From Arcobacteraceae bacterium (GTDB lineage: Bacteria; Campylobacterota; Campylobacteria; Campylobacterales; Arcobacteraceae): a DNA stretch of 64,000 nt. Under the pieces are notes generated by a model. The model was not told the DNA's origin. It worked only from the letters and a program-made list of their open reading frames with translations, and ran no database searches. Position 1 is the first letter of the stretch; each line of letters begins with the position of its first letter. The DNA lies in NCBI GenBank assembly GCA_963662945.1, contig OY759974.1, positions 2,080,001 to 2,144,000 on the forward strand, in the 5' to 3' direction. The translations under genes were made by a program, and so were the position numbers. Below are positions 1 to 9,303 of this stretch, one piece after another.

Positions 1-844
1 AGGTAAAGCACTTGAAAATTATGTTTATCCATTCATTAAGAATGAACCAATAGAAGAGATTACAAGACTTGATTTAATAGAAGTAATGGAAGATTTAAAA
101 AGTAAAGGGATATTGGAAACAGCAAGTCGTGTCCTTATGCTTTTAAATAAAATTTATATGTATGCAGTAACTTATGAATATGTAAAACACAATATAACAG
201 CCGATATAGATAAGAAAGTTATATTAGGTTCAATCAAAAAGAAACACTATCCAACTTTTACAAAAGAAAATGATATTAAAGCATTATTATTATCTATTGA
301 TGAATACAGTGGTGATTATAGCACTACAAAAGCCTTGCAGATGTTACCCTATGTATTTGTACGAAGTTTCAATATAAGACACTGTGAGTGGTCTGAAATT
401 GATTTTATAGATGAGGTTTGGAGAATACCTGCAAGTAAGATGAAAACAAAAGAAGAGTTTATCTTGCCACTACCAAAACAAGTGATAACCATACTACACG
501 AGATAAAAAAGTTTAGTAGTGATGGTAAGTATGTATTTCCAAGCTTTAGAGGTAAAGATAATCCTATGAGTGATAATACTTTGATAAGTGCAATTAGAAG
601 AATGGGTTACACAAAAGATGAGTTTGTACCTCATGGTTTTAGAGCTATGTTTTCAACTATAGCATACGAGAAAGCAAATGTAAAAGATGGTCATACTTTT
701 ACAAGTGAAGTTATAGAGTCATTACTTGCACATAAAGAGCCAAATAAGGTAAAAGGTGCATATAATAGAGCAGAGTATGTAGAACCAATGCAAGGGCTTA
801 TTCAATGGTATGCTGATTATTTAGATGGAGTTAAAAATGGATAA
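1..844 (+). CDS. P4-like tyrosine integrase (5' end outside window)
   Basis: Frame is open from base 2 (GKALENYVYPFIK...). Catalytic residues present: FVRS (R), HGFR (HxxR), LAH, AYNR (Y). 'WRIPASKMK' and 'MSDNTL..AIRRMGY' are typical of P4-like integrases. Confidence 0.93.
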   Translation, partial: GKALENYVYPFIKNEPIEEITRLDLIEVMEDLKSKGILETASRVLMLLNKIYMYAVTYEYVKHNITADIDKKVILGSIKKKHYPTFTKENDIKALLLSIDEYSGDYSTTKALQMLPYVFVRSFNIRHCEWSEIDFIDEVWRIPASKMKTKEEFILPLPKQVITILHEIKKFSSDGKYVFPSFRGKDNPMSDNTLISAIRRMGYTKDEFVPHGFRAMFSTIAYEKANVKDGHTFTSEVIESLLAHKEPNKVKGAYNRAEYVEPMQGLIQWYADYLDGVKNG

Positions 845-1400
845 AAAAGATTTACTTTGGATAGGTAAACATAAATTTGATGAGATTAATGAAGTAATAA
901 AAATTTATGGAGATAATTTATTAACTATGGAAATATTTGATGAATTAGATAGACGATTTAAAGAATTAGAAAAGTTAAAAAAATTAAATATTACTAACAA
1001 TAACTTTACACATAAAGTAAAGTCTTATAACAAAATTAAAAAAAAGTTAAAAGAAGAATTTGATTATAACTTACCTTTAACTTTACCTTTTAATAGTCCT
1101 AGTGAAATTAAAATTTACATTCATTTACTTTTAAATAGTATAGATTTAAATAAGGAACAAATACAACAGGTATTTAAAGAATATGATAGTGAAATTATAC
1201 GATTACCTAAACTTAAAAATATAGATAATGATATATACAATGAAAAGTCTACACCACTTAATATGAAGATGTGGAAGAAAACAAATTATGTTTTATGTGA
1301 TGAAACGGGAGAATATATATCAATTGAAGAATGGCAAAAAAATAATAGGACAAAAATTTCAAAAGAAGATGCAAAGTTAATGGGACTAGAGCCCTCATAA
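837..1400 (+). CDS. hypothetical protein (island)
   Basis: ORF overlaps the integrase stop; GGAG RBS precedes ATG 837. Confidence 0.7.
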   Translation: MDKKDLLWIGKHKFDEINEVIKIYGDNLLTMEIFDELDRRFKELEKLKKLNITNNNFTHKVKSYNKIKKKLKEEFDYNLPLTLPFNSPSEIKIYIHLLLNSIDLNKEQIQQVFKEYDSEIIRLPKLKNIDNDIYNEKSTPLNMKMWKKTNYVLCDETGEYISIEEWQKNNRTKISKEDAKLMGLEPS

Positions 1401-1564
1401 TCATAATATACTATATATTTAGCCAGTAAAATGTTACTGATTAAGAGCTTCAAAAAGTTTTCATAAAAATCTATACTTACATTATCCAATAAGAGCTAAC
1501 TGGATGTAACACCACCTAATCGTAGCTCAATTAGTGTGGGAAATATAAAAACAAAGGTCATAAA

Positions 1565-1756
1565 ATGACTAATGAAAAATTTTTAAGAATAACAGATGTA
1601 ATGAGTTCAACAGGTTTAGCAAAATCAACTATTTGGTTATATGTAAAAGAGGGTAGATTCCCAAAACAAATTAAACTAAGCCCAAGAGTAAGTGTATGGA
1701 AGTTATCTGATGTAGATAATTGGATAAATGAAAAGATTGAAAAGGAGATTGCTTAG
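1565..1756 (+). CDS. alpA: AlpA family excisionase/regulator
   Basis: FLRITDVMSSTGLAKSTIW..VKEGRFPKQIKLSPRVSVW..SDVDNWI is the classic AlpA signature. Confidence 0.93.
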   Translation: MTNEKFLRITDVMSSTGLAKSTIWLYVKEGRFPKQIKLSPRVSVWKLSDVDNWINEKIEKEIA

Positions 1757-1838
1757 ATGTTAGCTTCATACATAGTTCAATCATTGACTTTTACTTATTC
1801 TTTCACTGCTCTTTTTAAGAATATTTTAAGGTTTACAG

Positions 1839-2492
1839 ATGATAGCCAAAGATAAGCTTGATGATGCTTTTAAACTGGTAAATAACTTTAAGTCTATGGA
1901 TTTAAAAACTCAGACCTTTAATCAATTTCCTCTGAAACATTATAGAGTTCCTGAGGTTGATGGTATTCATAAAGGAGAGTATCGAAAAGGTATACATAAA
2001 GTAAAACCATCTACTTTAAAGTATATTCTTTTTTATCTACATAACGTAGATGAGGATATGATTATCGAAGCTCTAATAGTTCTTTTATACCATTGGAAAG
2101 TAAAAAAGAAAGATACAAAGAGGATGAGAAAAGTTTATAATAGAGTATATGAACATTATACAGTAACTAATAAAGATAGTGTACCTATGGTTACTATTAA
2201 CTATAATGCTGTTGTATATTCTATTTCATTTAATGTAGGTTCCGTAAAGTTTAATAAGTTTGGATATACAACTGATAAATTTAGGTTTATAAAACTTATA
2301 GATGATGTAAAATCTAAATATCCAAATGTTAGTGTAGGTAACTTTCAAATTCATCAAGTTATTCAATTTAAAACAAAAGAACAAGCAAAAGCATTTGAAG
2401 AAGAAGCAATAAAGAATTTAGAACTTCATAAAGACTACAAGAAGTGTAAAGTATGCTTTGATGGTTATAAAGAAGCTTATTTACATATATAA
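1839..2492 (+). CDS. putative GIY-YIG/T5orf172-like nuclease
   Basis: C-terminal VYSI...KFGYT..R...AKAFEE...FDGYKEAY pattern resembles the T5orf172/Seg-like GIY-YIG domain. Confidence 0.55.
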   Translation: MIAKDKLDDAFKLVNNFKSMDLKTQTFNQFPLKHYRVPEVDGIHKGEYRKGIHKVKPSTLKYILFYLHNVDEDMIIEALIVLLYHWKVKKKDTKRMRKVYNRVYEHYTVTNKDSVPMVTINYNAVVYSISFNVGSVKFNKFGYTTDKFRFIKLIDDVKSKYPNVSVGNFQIHQVIQFKTKEQAKAFEEEAIKNLELHKDYKKCKVCFDGYKEAYLHI

Positions 2493-2507
2493 TTGTGTTG
2501 CCACACT

Positions 2508-2530
2508 CACAACCACTGCAAGTGGTTGTG
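2508..2530 (+). terminator. stem-loop after nuclease gene
   Basis: CACAACCACT-GCA-AGTGGTTGTG perfect 10-bp inverted repeat between convergent genes. Confidence 0.55.
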
Positions 2531-2641
2531 TGGTAGAAATAACATTTCATATTGACTGTATTATTATATATAATATACAACCAAAAATAACAAAAATAAT
2601 ATCAATTTTAAAAGGTAGATATTTTTGTTAATTAAAATATA

Positions 2642-2902
2642 TTATTCCCCCATTGGTTGAAAAAAAGAAGCCATAGGTACATCCAAAACTTTTGAAATAC
2701 TATAAAGCTGTTTAATATTAAAATGCTTATTTTCTAAACCTGCCTCGATTTTTGATAGCATACTTGCAGATGAATGACCCATAGCAAGAGCAAGTTGCTC
2801 TTGTGTAAAACCTTTCATTTTTCTAAAATATTTTACATTGTTGGTTATAGTTTCAAAAAGTTGTTCAAACTCTTCTTCCTCTACATCATTATAAATCTGC
2901 AT
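2642..2902 (-). CDS. XRE-family HTH regulator
   Basis: NVKYFRKMKGFTQEQLA...LSKIEAG...ISKVLDV. Confidence 0.9.
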   Translation of the reverse strand: MQIYNDVEEEEFEQLFETITNNVKYFRKMKGFTQEQLALAMGHSSASMLSKIEAGLENKHFNIKQLYSISKVLDVPMASFFQPMGE

Positions 2903-2979
2903 AAGTCTAATGTTTTCCCTATAGGTGTAAGATATATGTAAGTTTATAAAAGATACTATTTTTTAGTAACTCCCTATAA

Positions 2980-3474
2980 GTGAAAGAAAGGAACAGAATG
3001 AAGTTTTTGAAAAATTTTATATTATTAGGTGTGATTTTATTGATAAGTGGTTGTACTCAAGCACCACATCCTATTGGAGGTGGTTTATATATGACTACAT
3101 CTACAGGTGCAGGATTTAGTGCAGAAGGTGTTACAAAAAGTGTGTATGCAGAAGCTGAAAAATTAGCTAAAGAGAAAAACAAAGTAGTTTATGTCGAATC
3201 AATTGATGTAGAGCAAGGTGCTTTGGGTAGAAATCCACCTTCAGCGAAACTAATGTTTAGATTAGTTGAACCAAATAGTGAAGAAGCAAAATCAAAACAA
3301 AGATTAATACCTGGTCTTCAAAGAATACAAATGATAGGAAACAATAATAATCCTCCAAAAAGTGAACCTACGTTAGAAGAAAAGCTATCTAAAATAAAAA
3401 AGCTTTATGAAGATGGTACTATAACCAAAGAAGAGTATGATAAAGCTAGAATTGGGATTTTATCTAACTATTAA
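2980..3474 (+). CDS. lipoprotein with C-terminal SHOCT domain
   Basis: Lipobox LISGC; EEKLSKIKKLYEDGTITKEEYDKAR matches SHOCT. Start may be ATG 2998. Confidence 0.85.
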   Translation: MKERNRMKFLKNFILLGVILLISGCTQAPHPIGGGLYMTTSTGAGFSAEGVTKSVYAEAEKLAKEKNKVVYVESIDVEQGALGRNPPSAKLMFRLVEPNSEEAKSKQRLIPGLQRIQMIGNNNNPPKSEPTLEEKLSKIKKLYEDGTITKEEYDKARIGILSNY

Positions 3475-3486
3475 GGTAGTAATATA

Positions 3487-3711
3487 ATGATAATTAGTGA
3501 CTTAATAAGTGAAATTGAAGCTTTAAAAGTTCTTAATTCTAAAGAATAAGATGTACTTAATTTAGCAAAAAAAATGACAACTTCAAAACAACAAGTTGGA
3601 ATTGATACAAGTAGCGAAGAAGCAATAAGAAATGGTGAATTTCAATACAATGGAGATTCATTTACTACATATGGTTATGATTTTGATACAGATGATGGAA
3701 GAAGATATTAA
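3487..3711 (+). pseudogene. 74-codon ORF interrupted by in-frame TAA (3547-3549)
   Basis: MIISDLISEIEALKVLNSKE*DVLNLAKKMTTS...GRRY* fills the gap between neighbouring genes in one frame; AAGG upstream; next ATG abuts the final stop. Confidence 0.5.
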
Positions 3712-3897
3712 ATGTCAGCAATAATAGCTTTAATTTCATTTTTTATTATAGTATATATTTATGGGTCATTAATACAATATTATGAGAAACGAAAAAACTA
3801 TAAAGCTGTTAGGAACATAGAGAAAATAGGTGGATTTTTCTTATTATTTGCTTTATTCTTTGGAGGAGTAAATATTGATGGTATTATAAAACCATAG
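3712..3897 (+). CDS. small two-TM membrane protein
   Basis: Two hydrophobic segments separated by a basic loop. Confidence 0.6.
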   Translation: MSAIIALISFFIIVYIYGSLIQYYEKRKNYKAVRNIEKIGGFFLLFALFFGGVNIDGIIKP

Positions 3898-3918
3898 TCT
3901 AAAATAGGTACTAAATAT

Positions 3919-4830
3919 ATGAAAATTATAAAAACACTATCAATATGTATATATTTTACTTTAAATATATATGGTGGAATGTTAGATAACTCTAATTCAG
4001 AAAAATTTATAAGCAGATTTGATTTGTATAATACTAAAGAATTGGCAGAATATATGTCAAATATAATGATTAAACAAGTTGGTAGTTTTCCTATAAAAAT
4101 AGATGAAGTAACTATTCTAAGCAATATTACTTCATATAATAACAATATAAGAATATCTAAGCAAATTGATACTAATCATCCCTTAATGAAAAATCAAGAT
4201 TTTTCTTCTTTGGGAAATATGCACCAATACTTTTTCAACTCAGAAAGAAATTATACTTGTTCTAGTATATATCACTTATATACATTAAGTAGAGATATTA
4301 CTTATTATTATGACTATAGGGATTTTAATGGTAACAATTTATTTGAACATATTATAAAAAAAGACGATTGTGAAGCAAGTAATTTTAAAAAATTAAAAAA
4401 AACTACAAATAAAAATAAATTAATGTTAGAAACAACAATATATCCTTTTATTAGAGAGCTTACTAAAAGAGAAAATGATATATTTTTATTTATGGTACTA
4501 AATACAGATTATAAGTTTTTTACAAAAAAAGAAGCTACATTAATGAAAAAAAATATACGGATGATTATATTTCTGTTAGCAAACTTATCTAAATCAGATG
4601 AGACATTTAAAGATTATATAGACTTAGAAAGTTATGTTATTTTTAAAGAAAAAAATAAATTTGATTTAAAACTTAAAAATATTGCCGATAAGTTAGAAAT
4701 ATCTACCAAGCAAGAATATGAAGAATATAAAAATAAATATCTAGAAAAATCCATCCAAACTTTAAAAATTTATATTAAAATAATAGAAGAAATGGAAAAT
4801 AAATTAGGTACAAATAGAAACAAAACTTAA
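3919..4830 (+). CDS. hypothetical exported protein
   Basis: Signal-peptide-like N-terminus, long ORF, co-directional cargo. Confidence 0.7.
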   Translation: MKIIKTLSICIYFTLNIYGGMLDNSNSEKFISRFDLYNTKELAEYMSNIMIKQVGSFPIKIDEVTILSNITSYNNNIRISKQIDTNHPLMKNQDFSSLGNMHQYFFNSERNYTCSSIYHLYTLSRDITYYYDYRDFNGNNLFEHIIKKDDCEASNFKKLKKTTNKNKLMLETTIYPFIRELTKRENDIFLFMVLNTDYKFFTKKEATLMKKNIRMIIFLLANLSKSDETFKDYIDLESYVIFKEKNKFDLKLKNIADKLEISTKQEYEEYKNKYLEKSIQTLKIYIKIIEEMENKLGTNRNKT

Positions 4831-4847
4831 ATAACTATGAGGAAAAA

Positions 4848-5567
4848 ATGTTAAAGGGAATATTATTTTTACTATTAATGCTTTCTACTATAGAAGCACA
4901 AAATTTAGAAGTTGCAGAGTTAAAGATTGATTATGATTCTCACAAATTAAAGAAAAACTTTTTTGACTTTAATGGTATTAGACTAAGTAATATGATTATA
5001 GAAGTACGCCCTTTAGATAATCCTCAATTTTTAAATGTAATTGCTGAAAGTCTTTCACCTAGACTTGACTTCAAGTTTAAAACAGAAAAAGGATATTTAC
5101 TTGAAGGTTTACCTATAAAATTAATGAATCCAAATATAATAGAATCTGGAGATTTGTTTAGTAAACAAATATCTCTTTGTGATACAACTTCTTCTTTATA
5201 TTTGTATCCAAAAGATAAATATACAAATACAGATGATTTCTTATCTAAACAAGTTGAAAAAAAAAGAGAATGTAGAAAAGAGAATTTGTATTTTGGTTTT
5301 AAAGCAGAAGATGTCAGAGATGAAAGACTATATAGTATTAAACAAGATTTAATATCTCTTTATAATGCTAAAGAACATATTTTAGAAGTACATTATAAAT
5401 GGTACGAAAATAATTCAAACTATATGCATGATTTTTCTATTGTGCTAGGTCAAGAGAATACACGTGTAAAAAATAAACCTTATCAAGAAGTTAAATATTA
5501 TAAATTAAAATTTTTTAATAATATTCCAGAACACATTAAAAGAGTTAATAAATCTTATGATGATTAA
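4848..5567 (+). CDS. hypothetical exported protein
   Basis: GAGGA RBS; signal peptide MLKGILFLLLMLSTIEA. Confidence 0.7.
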   Translation: MLKGILFLLLMLSTIEAQNLEVAELKIDYDSHKLKKNFFDFNGIRLSNMIIEVRPLDNPQFLNVIAESLSPRLDFKFKTEKGYLLEGLPIKLMNPNIIESGDLFSKQISLCDTTSSLYLYPKDKYTNTDDFLSKQVEKKRECRKENLYFGFKAEDVRDERLYSIKQDLISLYNAKEHILEVHYKWYENNSNYMHDFSIVLGQENTRVKNKPYQEVKYYKLKFFNNIPEHIKRVNKSYDD

Positions 5568-5899
5568 TAATATTATATTTCTTTTGATAAGTTATTATTT
5601 TAAAAAGAATAATTTTAATTTAATACTCATAGGAATCAAAAAAGTTAGAAATAGGATAATTTTCTAAAGACCTATATTATAAACAATGGGGTTTATATTA
5701 TTTCCCCCTATTGTAATATTTTGTTTATAGAAGTACGTAGAGAAATTTATTTAGAGATAGAGTTATGGACTATTTATTATGGTTAATAAGATATAATTGA
5801 ATATAGATTTTATTTTTATTGAGCGAATATTTCATTTTAGGGGGTATTTTAGTGGGTAAAATTATATTTATATGTTATAAATGCCTAAAATAAAGAATA

Positions 5900-5922
5900 G
5901 TTCAATCCCGGACGACCCACCA
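5900..5922 (+). repeat. attR: duplicated 3' end of a tRNA (Lys/Val-type acceptor)
   Basis: GTTCAATCCCGGACGACCCACCA is a T-loop remnant, T-stem, acceptor strand ACGACCC and ACCA. GC-rich in an AT desert, with no 5' half of a tRNA upstream. Confidence 0.8.
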
Positions 5923-5989
5923 TTTAATAATAATATGTTACAATTCTTTTCATAAAATCATTAAAATATAAAAAAATGGATGTAGTATT

Positions 5990-6160
5990 ATGAAAGAATA
6001 TCTCTCTGATTTAAAATTTACCCTTGGGTTACTTTTCTTAATTATTTGTATCATTCTCTATAATATTAATTATTTTTTATCTGATGAAACAATTTCTGAT
6101 GTAAAAGTTATTAAACTTAATCTCATAGACAATAATACAAGTAATTTTATAAAAAAATAA
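5990..6160 (+). CDS. small single-TM protein (56 aa, not in ORF track)
   Basis: MKEYLSDLKFTLGLLFLIICIILYNINYF...; GGA upstream; ends 9 nt before acyP. Confidence 0.45.
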   Translation: MKEYLSDLKFTLGLLFLIICIILYNINYFLSDETISDVKVIKLNLIDNNTSNFIKK

Positions 6161-6169
6161 AGAGTATAT

Positions 6170-6439
6170 ATGGAAAATTATAGATTTTTAATTAAGGGAA
6201 AAGTTCAAGGTGTTTATTATAGAAAAAACATAGAAGCAAATGCCTTAAATGAGGAATTTAGTGGTTATGTAAAAAACTTAGATGATGGAAATGTTGAAGC
6301 TTGTGTAACATGTTCTGTAACCAAATTGGAAAATTTTTTAGGTATACTTCAAAAAGGATCTCCAAATAGTATTGTAGAAAAGATAGAACAATACAGTTGT
6401 GATGAGGTTTTTACTGGTGAGTTTGAAATAAGATATTAA
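6170..6439 (+). CDS. acyP: acylphosphatase
   Basis: GKVQGVYYR and GYVKNLDDGNVE motifs. Confidence 0.95.
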   Translation: MENYRFLIKGKVQGVYYRKNIEANALNEEFSGYVKNLDDGNVEACVTCSVTKLENFLGILQKGSPNSIVEKIEQYSCDEVFTGEFEIRY

Positions 6440-6476
6440 TCTTTAGAAGATATAATACGAATACAAAGGATATAAA

Positions 6477-7046
6477 ATGAAAAAAATTATAATAAGTATA
6501 GCGACAGTCTCATTACTTTTTTTAGGTTGTAATGATAATACTAAAGAAGAAGTAAAAGAAACAACAAATAAAGCTATTGATAATGTTACAAAAGTAACAG
6601 AAAATATGACTGAAAAAGCAACTAATGTTGTGGAAAAAGTTACAGAGAAAACTAAAGAAGTGGTAAATGATGTTAGTGAAAAAACAGCTCCAGTTGTTGA
6701 TGAAGTTACAACAAAAGCAAAAGCTGTTGCTACAGAGGTTACAACAAGTGTGGTAAAAGTAAAAGAAGATATAAAAGAAAAAATTCATACAGCAACAGCT
6801 CCAGCAGTAGATGGAAAAGCTTTGTTTAAAGTATGTGCATCATGTCATGGGCAAAATGGAGAGAAAAAAGCTTTAAATGCTTCTCAAGTAATACAAGGTT
6901 GGGAAAAGTCGAAAGTTGAAATAGCATTGCATGGATATAAAAATGGAACATACGGTGCTGCTATGAGAGGTGTTATGGTAGGGCAAGTAAAAAATTTAGA
7001 TGATGCAAAAATATCAGCATTAGCATCATATATTTCTACATTATAA
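6477..7046 (+). CDS. lipoprotein c553-type cytochrome c with low-complexity tether
   Basis: Lipobox LFLGC, T/E/K/V-rich linker, CASCH, GAAMRGVM. Confidence 0.9.
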   Translation: MKKIIISIATVSLLFLGCNDNTKEEVKETTNKAIDNVTKVTENMTEKATNVVEKVTEKTKEVVNDVSEKTAPVVDEVTTKAKAVATEVTTSVVKVKEDIKEKIHTATAPAVDGKALFKVCASCHGQNGEKKALNASQVIQGWEKSKVEIALHGYKNGTYGAAMRGVMVGQVKNLDDAKISALASYISTL

Positions 7047-7048
7047 TT

Positions 7049-7435
7049 ATGAATAATCAAACAACAATAAAATTTATAAAACTAGGAGCTTTAATGATGG
7101 CTCTTAGTGTTGCATTTGGTGCATTTGGTGCACATGCTTTAAAAAATGTCTTAGATGAGCATATGACAAAAGTATATCATACAGCTGTAGAGTATCAATT
7201 TTATCATTCTTTAGGTATGTTTGTAGTGGCTTTTGTTGCTTATTTAAATAATGACAAAAGAGTAAAAATTGCTGGATATATTATGGTGATAAGTACAGCT
7301 ATTTTTTGTGGTAGTTTATATACTATGACCATAACAGAATTAAAATGGTTAGGTGCCATTACTCCAATAGGTGGAGTTGGTTTTATTATCTCTTGGATTA
7401 TGTTACTACTTAGTCTAAATCCTAAAATGAAATAA
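7049..7435 (+). CDS. DUF423 membrane protein
   Basis: GAFGAH, YQFYH, FCGSLY, GAITPIGG. Confidence 0.93.
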   Translation: MNNQTTIKFIKLGALMMALSVAFGAFGAHALKNVLDEHMTKVYHTAVEYQFYHSLGMFVVAFVAYLNNDKRVKIAGYIMVISTAIFCGSLYTMTITELKWLGAITPIGGVGFIISWIMLLLSLNPKMK

Positions 7436-7459
7436 GTGTTTTTGAGATATAATTTTTTT

Positions 7460-7753
7460 ATGAAAAAACTTCGGGAAGAACTTAGTAAATATCTTGTAAT
7501 TGTTAAAAAAGAGAGTTATCATACAAGAGCTATGGTAATAACTTTTAAAAAATTATTGCATAAACAACTAGGTGGCAAATCAAACCCTACTGAGGAGGAA
7601 GTAAAAGAAGCAATTATGCAACTAAAAGATGTAGGTAAAATAACTGCACTTCTACCACTTATTGCACTTCCTGGTTCTATTTTAACGATTCCAGTACTTG
7701 TAAAAATTGGAAAATATTATAATATTGATATTCTTCCTAAAATGAAGAAGTAG
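7460..7753 (+). CDS. hypothetical protein
   Basis: PTEEEVKEAIMQLKDVGK...LPGS; ATG 7460 preferred over GTG 7436. Confidence 0.65.
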   Translation: MKKLREELSKYLVIVKKESYHTRAMVITFKKLLHKQLGGKSNPTEEEVKEAIMQLKDVGKITALLPLIALPGSILTIPVLVKIGKYYNIDILPKMKK

Positions 7754-8542
7754 TTATTGCTTTAGAGCTTTTCTCATAGTCTCAATTAACTCATCATCTG
7801 CTTTAGTATTTGTAAACAGTTCAAAAGCAATAACACCTTGAAAAAGTAACATATCTTCCCCATCTTTACAAGGTAGTTTGTACTCTTTTGCTTTTTGTAA
7901 AAAAGGTGTTGTCTTTCCATAAATACAATCAATTGCATATCTTGAATTTTTTAAAATATCTTCTAATACTGGTAAAGGGGTAGGGTAGTTGTCATCTTTT
8001 AATCCAGCACTTGTAGAGTTTACTACCAAATCATAGTTTTCACAAATAAAATCGTCCCAAGTGAAAGTTTTACATCCAAGTTCTTTAAAAAACTCTAATC
8101 TTCCCTCACTTCTATTGATAACAGTTGTATCAATACCAGCTTCATTAAAAGCAACAGCTATAGCTTTTGCAGTTCCTCCAGCTCCTAAGATGATAGCTTT
8201 TTTTATTTCATTAAACTCTTCAATAGCTTTCATAAAACCTGGTGCATCTGTATTGTAAGCTACTACTTTTCCATTTTCATTGATATAGGTATTTACTGCT
8301 CCTATTTTTTTTGCCAATCCTCTTACTTCATCTGCATTTTCATATGCATCTTCTTTGTGTGGTACAGTGATATTTGCACCTTTTAAGTGTTTAGCTAAAA
8401 AAACTTGTTTGATAGTTGAGCCATCTTCAAGTTGTGTTTTATCATAAACTCCATCAAATTTAATATGTGAAAATCCAGCATTGTGCATTTGTGGAGATTT
8501 TGAATGCTCTACTGGATTTCCAAAAATTGTAAAGTTGGTCAT
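7754..8542 (-). CDS. aroE: shikimate dehydrogenase
   Basis: HSKSPQMHN, GANITVPHK, GAVNT, NTD, GAGGTA, NRS. Confidence 0.97.
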   Translation of the reverse strand: MTNFTIFGNPVEHSKSPQMHNAGFSHIKFDGVYDKTQLEDGSTIKQVFLAKHLKGANITVPHKEDAYENADEVRGLAKKIGAVNTYINENGKVVAYNTDAPGFMKAIEEFNEIKKAIILGAGGTAKAIAVAFNEAGIDTTVINRSEGRLEFFKELGCKTFTWDDFICENYDLVVNSTSAGLKDDNYPTPLPVLEDILKNSRYAIDCIYGKTTPFLQKAKEYKLPCKDGEDMLLFQGVIAFELFTNTKADDELIETMRKALKQ

Positions 8543-9177
8543 TATTTTAATCGTCCAAGAAGAAGGTTTGTCCAGTTTGTTTCTTTTGATTTATTGACAT
8601 CTGTAACTTGAGGTGTTTCTTCCTCTTGTGGCTGAATCTCTTCACTAATTTCTATTTCTAGTTCTTCAATATTCTCATCAAAATCAGAAGTTGTTTCTTC
8701 ATATGATGTTTTTTTATCTTCTTTTGCTTCATCACGTTCTAAACTTTTCATTAAGTCTTCTCTATACATCATTATAAACTTTTGAAAAATATTGTAACTT
8801 ACATATTTGTCATATTTACCAGGATATTTTAGGTATTTATTTTCTATAAGATTATTATAAAGGATTGTTACGTTGTACTCTTCATCATAATGTTGTGCAA
8901 TTGCATGTGCATCTCGTACAAGGATATTAAGTGAGACAAATTCTGTATATTCATCAGGGAAAAGTTTTGTAAGTATTCTTGTGTAATTTCGTTTTTGAAA
9001 TTCTAAACCAGCTAAATCTTTTAGCATCTCTATTTGCTTTTGTAGAGGGATTAAATCTTCTAACCATTCCAAAATTTTGTCCTTATTTTGGTTAACTACA
9101 GCTTCAAAAGAACCTTTTCCTGTGTATGAATACGTATTGTTTTTAATTTGATTGCTTATAATAGAGAGTTTTTTCAT
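8542..9177 (-). CDS. hypothetical protein
   Basis: 211-aa ORF with AAAGGTG RBS, coupled to aroE; acidic tail. Confidence 0.75.
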   Translation of the reverse strand: MKKLSIISNQIKNNTYSYTGKGSFEAVVNQNKDKILEWLEDLIPLQKQIEMLKDLAGLEFQKRNYTRILTKLFPDEYTEFVSLNILVRDAHAIAQHYDEEYNVTILYNNLIENKYLKYPGKYDKYVSYNIFQKFIMMYREDLMKSLERDEAKEDKKTSYEETTSDFDENIEELEIEISEEIQPQEEETPQVTDVNKSKETNWTNLLLGRLK

Positions 9178-9303
9178 AATTTCACCTTTTATAAAATGTA
9201 GATTAATTATAACATAAAAAACTCAAAACTTCTTTAATAGTTCTCATATAGTTTTTAATAATTCTTTAGATATAATCTTTGTAATAAGAAAAAAGGTATA
9301 TAA

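Larger units (their letters stand above)
1..5922. mobile_element. Small integrative island / P4-like satellite remnant, right portion
   Basis: Integrase, AlpA, XRE and orphan cargo, bounded by a tRNA 3'-end duplication at 5900-5922; housekeeping genes resume after it. Confidence 0.85.

Noticed and set aside
1493-1540. Possible structured RNA upstream of alpA (GAGCTA...TAGCTC with inner TGG/CCA)
   Set aside because: Stems too short to support; no recognisable match to CI/C4 antisense RNAs by eye.
5900-5922. Functional tRNA gene
   Set aside because: Only the 3' 23 nt are present; upstream sequence is AT-rich and cannot form D or anticodon arms.
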